From an uncultured delta proteobacterium (GTDB lineage: Bacteria > Desulfobacterota > Desulfobacteria > Desulfobacterales > JAFDCJ01), in contig CAVYNY010000030.1 of the NCBI GenBank assembly GCA_963769935.1, positions 75,394-139,393 of the forward strand: a stretch of DNA of 64,000 bases, written 5' to 3'. The notes beneath the pieces are model-generated. The model did no database searches. It was given only the letters and a program-made list of their open reading frames with translations, and was not told where the DNA came from. A program made the translations under genes and the position numbers. Position 1 is the stretch's first letter. The number at the start of each line of letters is the position of its first letter. Below, one piece after another: positions 50,882-60,856 of the stretch.

Positions 50882-52616
50882 TTAATAAGTAGCGCAGGTG
50901 AAGCTTGATGCCAGGTTGACATCACCGGATTCCTTTATATTTCGGCCAACTCGGATATTCGCACAGCGGACGGGTGCGCCCCGGTACACCGACGCTATCG
51001 GTTACAATTTGATTCGTCGGAGCGAGTCCTTTTTCCACCCAGTTTTCAAGCGCGGTAAGCGAGTCCCAGGAAGCGTTGAACACTGAACTGAGTGCATGGC
51101 CATAACCCGGGACCTCGTAAAACCTGACAAAGGTGTCGACCTTCGCATGTCCCATTTGAGCTACCAATTGCTGGTAGTATTGCTCGGTAGAACGGGTGGC
51201 GACAAGCACATCGGAAATACCATGGGCCATCAGCAACTTACCGCCGCGGGCGGCGAACGCAGAAATATCGGTTTTCGCGGTAAACAGAGCGCTGAGTTCG
51301 CTGATGCGACTGCCCCAAGCTCCGGGGTTTTCGGGGTCGAGATTGTAAGAGTCGAAATCCGGGTCTCGCGTCACCATATACTTGATCCACTGGTCAACCA
51401 TCAGACTGATATATGGTCCGGTCTGGGCCTGGGGATTTTTCGGCTGAGTTGTTCCGAGGGCCAGCCATTTCACATATTTCTCTATTGGGCTTCCGGTATC
51501 CATGCCGAGATCGCTACCCCACATATTGTAACCGGGAAATTGCGTGTCGCCGCTGGCAAGAAAGTAGTTGAATTGTGTATCTGTACCGAGCGCCTTCAAC
51601 GCTGTGATCTGCGCATCCGAGAGACAGGTGTCGCCGGTGTCTTTTCCGTCCGGGCAGCGCAATGGAGCGCCTTTAAAGGTCGCTTTCGCGGGATCGAATA
51701 TCGCGTTACATTTCACCTGGTAGCTGACCAGGCCATCGGCAACTCCATCCAAGGCATCGCAAGCCTCCATTGCTGCATCAAAGATCAGCTTCTTCTTTGC
51801 CTGGTTGGGATAGGCCCCCGGCTTTGATAGTTCAAGGTTCACCTTGTGGCCGGCAAGCCAGGCGGGAACATTAGTCCATACCGGATACCAGGCGATAGCC
51901 CCGTTCCAGTCAGCGGGCCAGCGCTGGATAGCGGTTAGCGCTTCGCGTCCGCCGGTTGATCCGCCTGCAAAATACATCTTGGCAGGTCTTTTGCCATAGC
52001 GGGCGTTGATGATTGCGAGTGCAGCATCGTGGGTTTTCTTCAATGCGTCGCCGCTGAAGTTGCGCACAGCCTCTTCGTTGATGAAAGACGAGCCGTCCTG
52101 CGAGCCATATTTGCCGGCCTGGTGACCGGAGTCACTGCCGAAGGTAGCATAGCTTTGCCCTAAAGGCGTCGGTTGATTCGCCGGACCGGCGGGCACATTC
52201 TGGGCTACATTCGGGATACGGCCGTTGAAACCCCCGCCGCCGAACATCAGCGCTTTCTCGTTCCATTTTGTAGGCAGGGCGACATGGAACAGAATTTTCG
52301 GCGCATCGGGGTCCACGGGATTGATTTCGCCTTTCACCAGGCAATATTCTCCGATGGCTTTGGCACCTGTCAGGAGTTTGCCCTCTTTACCGTCTTTATC
52401 CTTTTCTCTGGCCGCTGGGACTACTTCTGTGCTGGTGACCATGGCCCCGGTGGCCGGCAAGCCGATCGAAGCGGCGGGAATCACCATGCCGTTGAGTTCC
52501 TCGCAGGTCATTGTTGCAGCGGCCGAGGCACTGTTACCAAATCCGATAGGTCCAAGGCCAATGATTGCTGCTACGGCCAACACCACGGTAAATAACTTTA
52601 TTCTGCAGATATTCAT
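50882..52616 (-). CDS. Secreted tannase/feruloyl esterase family hydrolase with a +1 frameshift in the last ~17 codons
   Basis: Signal peptide, GGGGFNG, SDSGH, GGSTGGRE, HGISD, PGYGH and RTRPLC. Removing one A at 50930-50931 restores KGSGDVNLASSFTCATY*. Confidence 0.85.
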
Positions 52617-52646
52617 GTTTCCCCTCCTCTACTTATATTGACCGAT

Positions 52647-53606
52647 TCAACTATAGTTCTTCATTAGATTTCGTAATTTTCGCGGTGCCATTCCAAATTC
52701 TTCCTTAAATAAACGGGAAAAATGAGAGGAACTATTGAATCCCATAGAAAATGCAATACTTGTGATGGAGTCATTTGCGTATTTGTCACTAACAAGCTTC
52801 TGGTGACATTTGATTAGTCTTTGCTCGCGAACCCATTCAGAAACCGAAATCCCGCTGCTCGTAAACAGGTAATGCAAATACCGCAAAGATATTCCGTTGG
52901 CTTTTGCAATATTGGCCGGTGATAGATCCGGGTCATCAAGTCTGCTGTCAATATAAGATTTAACCGACTGGAGACGGAAATTTTTGCTTATATTTTTATA
53001 GGATGATTTGTGCTCAATTTCGACATCTATATACACGGCTAAAAGATCGATTAATTCCGACGCAACTTTCGACGCAATTTCCTTTTTAAAGGAATCCGAA
53101 TCAGCGGCAATTAATTTGCAAAATGTTACCAAAGCCCAGCCCAATCCCTCAGAGAAATTCAACGAGGCGGGTTTTGAAATCTTGTCATTTGAGCATCTTT
53201 CAACCAACATCGGCCGCGGTATCTCGATGTATATCGATTGGCAATGATCACGGCATGTTAAATGATATGGTTTCGTTGAATCAAACAGTACGGCCATGCC
53301 TGGCGCAGAAACCTTCTCTTTGCCGGACTGCTGCACCAGAAGTGACCCTTTAGATGGAAACATAATATAGATTACTTCCTTATCCAGATGGGCAATATGA
53401 TTGGATCTTCGAAATATATCCTGCCTTGACAAAAAGACATCAGTCAACACGGCTGGTCCAAGAACTGACTTTTCTAGAAACCCAGTGTAGTTAGCTGGAT
53501 CATCACTGCAGACATCGACGTTCAGATAGTGCTCGCATATAGCTTCTTGCCAAGCTGTAAAGCGTTTGATCTGATCTAAATCTTTAGTAGAAAAAACTGT
53601 TTTCAT
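52647..53606 (-). CDS. AraC-family activator (FeaR-like N-domain)
   Basis: FSTKDL...RFTAWQEAI, ISLRYLHYLF and ITSIAFSMGFNSSSHFSRLFK. Confidence 0.9.
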   Translation of the reverse strand: MKTVFSTKDLDQIKRFTAWQEAICEHYLNVDVCSDDPANYTGFLEKSVLGPAVLTDVFLSRQDIFRRSNHIAHLDKEVIYIMFPSKGSLLVQQSGKEKVSAPGMAVLFDSTKPYHLTCRDHCQSIYIEIPRPMLVERCSNDKISKPASLNFSEGLGWALVTFCKLIAADSDSFKKEIASKVASELIDLLAVYIDVEIEHKSSYKNISKNFRLQSVKSYIDSRLDDPDLSPANIAKANGISLRYLHYLFTSSGISVSEWVREQRLIKCHQKLVSDKYANDSITSIAFSMGFNSSSHFSRLFKEEFGMAPRKLRNLMKNYS

Positions 53607-54076
53607 CGCTGCACCGCCTTCTTAATTAAACAGATAAATTCTATAAAGACGACTGAAACTACATGGACTAATTATATCAAGCTACATCATTTCGAAAATA
53701 AAGGAGCACATAGCACCTGTTCGTAAAAGCTTGATTATGATAAATCCGGAAAAACGATTGAGACTCAAAAATAGATATGGGACATTATATAAAGATAAAA
53801 AAAATGATTTGAATAATATTCTATAAAAAAATTTCTGTCAAGTTATAATAAGTATTTATATAACTATCTTAATACACACATAATATATTATTTTACGGGT
53901 AATTTTGATTTTTATTTTGCCTAATTAATTTATATTTTAACTTGAATATTGCTCAAATTTAATGAATAATGTTGCCAAAATCAAAATATAAGCTATCGGT
54001 TTCTTGAGGTTCTAAGATAGTTTGTTTTATCACAGGGCCTTCCAATAGGGCTTACTGATTTTGCAAGAGGTAGCCA

Positions 54077-55348
54077 ATGATGAGTGAAAAAAGGCAAAAA
54101 ATTCTGGATGCAGCCGAGCGTATTATGTCTGCCAAGGGACGAAGCGCTACAATCAGCGAAATAAGCGCCGCTTCTGGGGTAACGGATTCTGTGCTCTATC
54201 ATTATTTCGAAAACAAAGAGGACCTGCTTTTCTCTGTCGCACAAGAGCACCTCAGGGATGCACTGGAAAAATTGGATGAACAACTCCAGGGCATCATGGA
54301 TCCGGTCAATCAGCTTAGTAAGTTAATATGGTTTCAACTGTATTACCATGACACTCACCCTGACTATGGAAATCTCCTTTTGTTCGAATGTCGCTCAAGC
54401 AAGCGGTTTATGAACCATGAGGCTTACGGATTGATTAAGCGTTGGTCCGGCATCGGAATAGAAATTCTCAACAATGGAATTTCTGACGGCTCTTTCCGCA
54501 AAGACCTTGCCCTGCCAATAGTTCGCGATGCAATTTTTGGATTGGTTGATATGGAAAATATTCAGTTCCTGACTGCACGAGAACAGCTACAGGCACATAA
54601 GGACCTGGACGCTATTTTGGACCTCGTGCTGCCGATGATTCGACCCGATACAGAGGAGTGTGCCCCTAAAAACAACAAGGCCGGCAGAATACTGGCGTCT
54701 GCTTTAAGCGTTTTTGCCGCAAAAGGATTTCAGAACGCTACGGTACAGGAGATTTCAAAATCGGCGAATGTGTCTGAAGGAACTATTTACGAATATTTTA
54801 ACAACAAGGAAGATTTGCTCTTTTCCATACTTGAGCGGCAATTTCAGAACAATCTTGATTTGCTTGATGAGTTGTTTGAAGTCAGGACCCCACTGCGCAA
54901 ACTAAAACGCTTCATGCGCTATCATTTCACGATCTATCTTACCCAGCCTGTTTTTGTAAAAGTTTTTTTGTTTGATGCGATTTACAATTCCGGCTTCTAC
55001 GCCTCAAACGCCTATCAACCCTTTAAGCAATACATCGAAAGCATCTATGCGATTCTTGACGAGGGTAAAAAAGATGGCAGTATACGGCCGGAAATCAATA
55101 ATCGTGTATTCAGAAATCTTTTTATGGGAATCTTCAGCCACATGGCCTTGAGGTGGCTGTTTACGCAAAAAGGCCGCCAGACTGATAAAATCGAAGAGAT
55201 TAATGCGGCCGTTGCCCTTTTAAGCCGATCCGTTGCTACGCCCAACTATCGTTCATCTCCAGGATTGCATAGCGGCGAATGGTCGGCGCGACCGGTACGA
55301 CTCAAAAGCGCCATCCATGGTGCTGAACAACCGCCTGGCTATCGCTAA
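54077..55348 (+). CDS. Tandem double TetR-family regulator
   Basis: Two HTH units: ILDAAE...LYHYFENKEDLL and ILASAL...IYEYFNNKEDLL. Confidence 0.88.
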   Translation: MMSEKRQKILDAAERIMSAKGRSATISEISAASGVTDSVLYHYFENKEDLLFSVAQEHLRDALEKLDEQLQGIMDPVNQLSKLIWFQLYYHDTHPDYGNLLLFECRSSKRFMNHEAYGLIKRWSGIGIEILNNGISDGSFRKDLALPIVRDAIFGLVDMENIQFLTAREQLQAHKDLDAILDLVLPMIRPDTEECAPKNNKAGRILASALSVFAAKGFQNATVQEISKSANVSEGTIYEYFNNKEDLLFSILERQFQNNLDLLDELFEVRTPLRKLKRFMRYHFTIYLTQPVFVKVFLFDAIYNSGFYASNAYQPFKQYIESIYAILDEGKKDGSIRPEINNRVFRNLFMGIFSHMALRWLFTQKGRQTDKIEEINAAVALLSRSVATPNYRSSPGLHSGEWSARPVRLKSAIHGAEQPPGYR

Positions 55349-55504
55349 GGGTTCACGGAAAAATAAGTTCACAATTTTAGGCGTTGAGGCGCCCGTCCGG
55401 CAAGGCGCGAAAACGCAGGAATATCTGGATATTCCGAGCTTTCGCAACGCAGTCGGGCGGGATGCGTCGGCGTATAAAATGTGAAGTTATTTTTGAGTGA
55501 GCCC
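55349..55504. mobile_element. 156-bp MITE-like palindromic element with TAA target duplication
   Basis: Left end GGGTTCACGGAAAAATAAGTTCACAATTTTA versus right-end reverse complement GGGCTCACTCAAAAATAACTTCACATTTTA; TAA at 55346-55348 and 55505-55507. Confidence 0.75.
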
Positions 55505-55670
55505 TAAGCGGCTACGCCAGTCCATCACAATCATTAATGGACACATAGTTGTGATGTATGGGAATATACGTTATGTGGCCGCCCTCTTCTGATTTGGTCG
55601 ATCGCTGGTCAGTTTCTGCAGCAAGTACGGATAAATCTTTTGTTCCGAATTCGGTATGGTCGTCGGAATT

Positions 55671-56066
55671 TTATATTGCTATCGCGGAACGAATATCTGT
55701 TTGCCTGAAATCGTTTCCTTTGAAAAGCAACGGTTCCCCTGAATATTTGGCCAGAGCATAGGCACAGCAGTCTCCAATGTTCAAGCCTGCCGGATGGTTA
55801 CCTTTTCCGTATTTCCTCCAGGCAGTCCTTGCGAGTTCAGCCTGATCAGCGTTCATGGCCACTATCTCGATTTGAGCACGATGTAAAAGCAGGTCAAGCT
55901 CCCGCCCGCCCGCCTCCCCTTTTCTGGCCTCGACTACAATCCCGGTCTCCAACGCATTGAAGGCACTGATCAATTTACGGGATTCATCTGCAACTGCTCT
56001 AATAAAAGATAACGCTTCCGGCTCGCCAAAAAGTATCGCGATCAAGGCAGAGGTATCGATAACCAT
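55671..56066 (-). CDS. vapC: VapC PIN-domain toxin
   Basis: MVIDTSALIAIL, YGKGNHPAGLNIGDC and LLFKGNDF. Confidence 0.92.
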   Translation of the reverse strand: MVIDTSALIAILFGEPEALSFIRAVADESRKLISAFNALETGIVVEARKGEAGGRELDLLLHRAQIEIVAMNADQAELARTAWRKYGKGNHPAGLNIGDCCAYALAKYSGEPLLFKGNDFRQTDIRSAIAI

Positions 56067-56320
56067 TATTCTGGAACTCCTGTCGGACCATAGCCTAATA
56101 TTTCGTCGGGGGAACGCTGATCTTGATCGGGAATTTCACTGCAGCGCTTGGAAATCTTCGTTATCTCTTCAGCCAGATCAATGGCCACGGAACGCCCGCG
56201 GAGGCGTTGCAATCTTTCCTCCAGAGCACGAGTTATCGCCTGAGTAATATTTTCCCCGCTTTCAGCCGCAAGTTCCCGGGCCAGCTTTTCTGCCTTAGAA
56301 TTCCTTATACTTAGAGCCAT
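56066..56320 (-). CDS. vapB: VapB antitoxin
   Basis: MALSIRN...GENITQAI...DEILGY; overlaps the vapC start. Confidence 0.88.
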   Translation of the reverse strand: MALSIRNSKAEKLARELAAESGENITQAITRALEERLQRLRGRSVAIDLAEEITKISKRCSEIPDQDQRSPDEILGYGPTGVPE

Positions 56321-56672
56321 TTTTCCTCCTAATTAATCCGCCCAGGCAAAATTGAGCATTTTCACCAATTTCAATAGAATTGATATGTTGTGCCCGAACT
56401 TGGTATCGCTATTTTTCAGGGTGGATTTATTAGCGTATATATTTCATAAAAAAATATATATTATAGCCGCACCATTTGTCAAGTGATTGTCAGGGATCCA
56501 AATAGATTGCAGCACACCAACATCCCGACCGTACCAATGCTGGCGATGTGATCCCGGTCTTTCCGGGTTAATTTTGAATTTGGATCAGAATTTTGATTTT
56601 CTGCGGGATTTTAATGAATGGTATACTCGGTCATTCATAGTTTCTGTTGGGGTGATATTAAAATCTGTTTCA

Positions 56673-56993
56673 TCAATGAATCCTGCCATCATTATCCAGC
56701 ATATCCCAGATCAATCCTTCCCATCCTGAGACAACGCCTTCATCGCCGCACATATCGCAGCGCCAATGAATATGTTCGAAGGCTTCATCGAGATCTATGT
56801 CCAATTCGCCTTTACAGGCTTTTCGTTGAGGCCTGCGCCAACATTTCGGAGCCGATTCAGTTTGTATTCCTGCCGCAACTGATGTGGCATAGACAATGAT
56901 TTCGCTAAGCTTTTTGACTTTTAAATTTAATTGAGGTACCGCCGGGCCACTCTTTGTTTCGTCTAACCAGTGCTGTATATTGATCACCCACAT
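56673..56993 (-). CDS. Small hypothetical Cys-rich (putative zinc-binding) protein
   Basis: CWRRPQRKAC...WRCDMCGDEG; start MWVINIQHWL. Confidence 0.6.
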   Translation of the reverse strand: MWVINIQHWLDETKSGPAVPQLNLKVKKLSEIIVYATSVAAGIQTESAPKCWRRPQRKACKGELDIDLDEAFEHIHWRCDMCGDEGVVSGWEGLIWDMLDNDGRIH

Positions 56994-57365
56994 GATTATT
57001 AACCTCGGATCGCTATAAGTGCGCAACTAAATTTGGCGTTTTTTCGAATATCTAAAGCTTTCTGTACGATATTCCGATATTAAAAAGCAAACAAAAATAT
57101 TCAATGCAAAAGGACGCAATTTTATGGCCGGCCACTTTATACTAACCTGTAAGGATTGTGGATCTCATGAACTTAGCGTTGTTTGGTTGAGAAGCGAAAA
57201 TCTTACTGCAAAGAAGAGCTTGAATGCTTGGATGTGCTGGCCCGAACCTCGATTTAAAGAAAGCTGGGCAAATAAAAATTGGATCAGACCTGATAGGTAG
57301 ATTATCCGTTCATTTTTATAACACGATATTTAAGCATAAAAAAACAGTGTCAAAAAATTCGATAC

Positions 57366-57641
57366 TCAGTAATCCACCCGCTCCTTCAATTCCTTTCCGA
57401 TTTTAAAAAATGGCAATCTTTTGGGAGCCACTTGGACAGTCTCACCTGTCATTGGATTCCTGCCCTGATAGGACTTATATTCCTTAACGAAAAACGAGCA
57501 CAGCCCACGGAGTTCAACCCGGTCACCGTCTGCAAGGGCATCTGATATTTTATTGAAAAATATGTCGACAACGGCAGTGGCTTCGTTTTTTGAGATCTGG
57601 CATTCTTCCTTCAGGTTATTTATAAGTTCCAGTTTGTTCAT
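57366..57641 (-). CDS. ihfB: Integration host factor beta / HU family DNA-binding protein
   Basis: MNKLELI, DRVELRG, GRNPMTGE and PFFKIGKELKERV. Confidence 0.85.
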   Translation of the reverse strand: MNKLELINNLKEECQISKNEATAVVDIFFNKISDALADGDRVELRGLCSFFVKEYKSYQGRNPMTGETVQVAPKRLPFFKIGKELKERVDY

Positions 57642-57815
57642 CGTGTCTCCTCAGTCCTTGAAAATCTGCTGATCGAAATTTGTTTTCCGGAAAATTCGGA
57701 TACTGTTTTATGATATCAAACGATGTAAAAATAGTAAAGAATTTCAAATGGTTTTAACATCTATAAAATTGTTAATAAAGAAAAGGTCCACGCCAATAAC
57801 ACCGCATGGAATTAT

Positions 57816-58094
57816 TTGGAACATTTTGCGAGCGTGGACTCCCAGATCGGAGCTCTTTTTGTAGTCAACGGTAAAGTGGCTGATATGGACTGCTTCGGTA
57901 AAAGCGAGGCTCTTGAAAAAACGTCTATGAAAATGATTGAAGGCTATGCCCAGGAGGCTGCTGATAATTTTGACCCGAAAATGAAGCTCAGATCATCCAA
58001 AACGGAGGCGGTGGATTTTCTGCAATCGGATCGAATATTTTTGATATACGTTGGAGATATATCAGGTTTAAACAGATTAGAAAACCTGGAGTAG
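57816..58094 (+). pseudogene. Gene fragment resembling the ARPP-1/DUF6569 C-terminal region
   Basis: QIGALFVVNGKVADMDCF...GYAQEA pattern with only a TTG start and a short length. Family recognised by eye. Confidence 0.4.
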
Positions 58095-58130
58095 CAGAGA
58101 TACATGTAATTAGGTCCCAGTTTAGATCTG

Positions 58131-58248
58131 GTCGGGTGCCCCCCCCACGCTCTCACAGCTGGGGTCGAGGACTGGCGCGGTACTCGAAAGCCCGTCTCCA
58201 GCCCTCGCCTCGTCAAAAGCAGCATGCGGATTTCCCGCACTACGCTTG
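58131..58248 (-). mobile_element. Group II intron remnant: domains V-VI of one intron abutting the 3' end of a second
   Basis: Minus strand AAGCGTAGTGCGGGAAATCCGCATGCTGCTTTT (DV), GACGAGGCGAGGGCTGG...CCAGTCCTCGACCCCAG (DVI), then CTGTGAGAGCGTGGG...CACCCGAC. Confidence 0.7.
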
Positions 58249-58462
58249 CTCTGTTATGGGTAAAAGTCAGCGATAGGCGGGAGGAGCGCTCACTATTTAC
58301 ACCCTTCACGCCGAAAAGCAACGTCTATGGATAGGGGAAGTTTGGCTATTGCTGATGGTGGGTTCTGGGGGAAGAATTGAGTTGACGGAATGTTGCAGAG
58401 GCCATATGTTACCGCCGCCTTGTATTTATTTCCTCCCAATATGATAATTATCTGGCCAATAA

Positions 58463-59620
58463 ATGACGGATGCAAACAAATTTAATATTAAAATACTCTT
58501 TGCCCTGACCCTGGTCCATTTTACAGGTGATTTTTACAGTTCTTTTATCAATCCGCTGTTCCCCTTGTTTGTCCAAAAGATGGGATTAACCCTGGTACAG
58601 GTTGGAATCATATCCGGGGTTGCCCGCTTACTGGCCTTTATTGTCCAGCCTTCCATCGGATATCTGGCTGATCGTTACAGTACACGCCATTTCATTTTGC
58701 TGGGCGTGCTTATGCCGGTGGTGTTTATTCCCATTTCCGGAATTACACCCGGATTCTGGACACTGCTGGCAGTTGTGGCGCTGGGGTCCATAGGCTCATC
58801 CATGTTCCATCCCTCCGTAACAGGCCTGGTTCCGGTCTATTCCGGGAATAAATCGGGATTTGCCATGTCCATATTCAATGCGGGGGGCTCGTTGGCTTTC
58901 GGAGTGGGACCGTTGTTTATCACTTGGTATGCTATCAGGTTCGGCCTGAGCGCTCTACCTTTTACCATGGCCTTCGGGCTTCTGGTGGCCTGGTATCTAT
59001 ATTGGGTCGTGCCGGTCCCGCAAAGTGAAGGGTTACGGCGACTGGGCTTCTTGGGTTCCCTCAAAGACAGCCTGGGCAGCGTCTGGAAAACCATTCTCTG
59101 CATATGGGTAGTGATGGTTTTAAGGTCGATCGTTGGACAATCCTTTTTGACCTTCATGCCCGTTCTTTTTGTTGAAAAAGGCTTTTCAGTCCTGTCTGCG
59201 GGCGGCATTTTCTCCCTCTTCACGATGGCCGGAACAATAAGCGGGCTGATCGCCGGTCATGTTTCCGATCGAATAGGGTTCAAACCTGTTTTTATCTTCA
59301 CCCATACCCTTATGGCGCCTGTACTCCTAATGTTTTTAAGCCTTCCAGGTAATTGGGCCTATGTGGGCTCTGCCATCGCCGGTGGCATTGTATTGGCCAC
59401 CATGCCGTTGGGGGTGGCCATGGCACAAACCCTGGCACCTAAAGGCAGGTCCATGGTGGCCAGCCTGATGATGGGTTTTGCCTTTGGGTTGGGTGGCGCC
59501 ATTGCACCTGTGGTGGGTAAACTGGCCGATCTTTACTCCATCAATAGTGTTCTGATGGGCGTATCTTTGCTGCCTCTGTTAACTCTTCCTCTCATATTCA
59601 GTTTTCCGAGAGTAAAATAG
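58463..59620 (+). CDS. MFS transporter (Fsr-like)
   Basis: QPSIGYLADRY, GSSMFHP, SIFNAGG and GHVSDRIG; about 12 hydrophobic segments. Confidence 0.88.
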   Translation: MTDANKFNIKILFALTLVHFTGDFYSSFINPLFPLFVQKMGLTLVQVGIISGVARLLAFIVQPSIGYLADRYSTRHFILLGVLMPVVFIPISGITPGFWTLLAVVALGSIGSSMFHPSVTGLVPVYSGNKSGFAMSIFNAGGSLAFGVGPLFITWYAIRFGLSALPFTMAFGLLVAWYLYWVVPVPQSEGLRRLGFLGSLKDSLGSVWKTILCIWVVMVLRSIVGQSFLTFMPVLFVEKGFSVLSAGGIFSLFTMAGTISGLIAGHVSDRIGFKPVFIFTHTLMAPVLLMFLSLPGNWAYVGSAIAGGIVLATMPLGVAMAQTLAPKGRSMVASLMMGFAFGLGGAIAPVVGKLADLYSINSVLMGVSLLPLLTLPLIFSFPRVK

Positions 59621-59973
59621 TGAGTAGCCCTTCGACAAGCTCAGGGTAAAAGTCGGAACAAAACTCATAGCCTCATAATTTCTTGCCATGATCTCAGCGC
59701 TATATCCTGTTGTGATTTATTGAGAATACATGCAAAACCGCTAAAATACAGATACGTAGATGAAATATGAAAAAACAAAAACCCCACCTCTCTACTGAAA
59801 AATAGGGTCCTGAAAAGTGGCGCATGACACCCTCCATCGAGGGTTATCGGTTAGCTTTTAAAATATTTTTCATCATGTTATGCATGTATCCAGATGCGTT
59901 ATCAAATTTTAATATCAAACACAGCGAGCCAGAGTCAAATAAAAAAAAGCCACTCCCGTCATTGCATCTATTT

Positions 59974-60495
59974 TCAATTCCAAACCTTTTGAAAATTGCA
60001 ACCCGCCCTCACCCGCTCATCCTCAACCTTCTGAAATGCGTCCTCCTCCTTGGGCACATTTCCGCACACATCGACCAGCAAAGACTGCATATCAGCATAC
60101 TCCCGGCAATATAAGCCTTGGCATTTTCGATTTCAGTAGACCCCATATTAAATTCCGAACCCTGGTTCGCTAAATGGGTTATATTCAATCAGTTTCACGT
60201 CCTCTGGATCTATCATCTATCCCCCATCTGTCCAAAGCATACATCCCATAGCAGGCAAGCTGCATCGATATATCCTCACCTGATCCCCGGCCAGGTTTCC
60301 AGTCGATGACTTTGATTCCGCCAACTTCAGTCCGGAAACTGCAATCTTATACCGCCCAGATTTTGGTTTGATTCAGATAAAATGATGAAAAATCCTCGAC
60401 CTCCAGCCACAGCCGCCGGGGAAGCTCTTTAAGCATTGCAAAGGTCTCTGAACCGTAAAAGTGCCTCAGGCACAGTGTTTTAACTTGCCTCCCAA
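59974..60495 (-). pseudogene. PD-(D/E)XK nuclease (RecB-like) pseudogene, 3' part
   Basis: Reads WLEVEDFSSF...KIWAV*DCSFRTEVGGIKVIDWKPG...QLACYGMYA, then after frameshifts DMQSLLVD...GCNFQKVWN*. Has an in-frame stop and a 7-bp duplication at 60208-60221. Confidence 0.7.
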
Positions 60496-60601
60496 TTCTG
60501 TCAAATCAAAAATAGGGCAGGAAAAATTATCCACAGGCAGGGATCAGGGAAGCCCTTTTCGGCCGATCGCACTATCCCGTGGTTATTGTTTGAAGGTATT
60601 T

Positions 60602-60856
60602 TTAAAACCAGTTTAATTTCTCCAACAAATCCAGAATCCAAAGAATATATCTGCTTAACAGGGGAGGTAAGTTGGCGGGTCCAACATAAACCACTAAACA
60701 ATACAATAGTAGATGAGAACAAAGAACAACCGCCAACCCCCAAAAAATGATGTGTATTTTCCCCCAATTGAGAATAAACGAAAATATAAATAACCCGATT
60801 GAGACCAGAAGAAATAAGCTGATAAATGCTGTAATGATCTGCAAGCTGCCCCCCAT
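60602..60856 (-). CDS. Small hydrophobic hypothetical protein
   Basis: 84-aa ORF with two hydrophobic stretches and a purine-rich upstream sequence; no recognisable motif. Confidence 0.3.
   Translation of the reverse strand: MGGSLQIITAFISLFLLVSIGLFIFSFILNWGKIHIIFWGLAVVLCSHLLLYCLVVYVGPANLPPLLSRYILWILDLLEKLNWF

Noticed and set aside
59628..59646. REP-like motif cccttcgacaagctcaggg
   Set aside because: Single short occurrence with no partner arm in the window.
59775..59825. tRNA 3'-end / att-site-like sequence
   Set aside because: The match is only about 6 bp, with no cloverleaf and no integrase.
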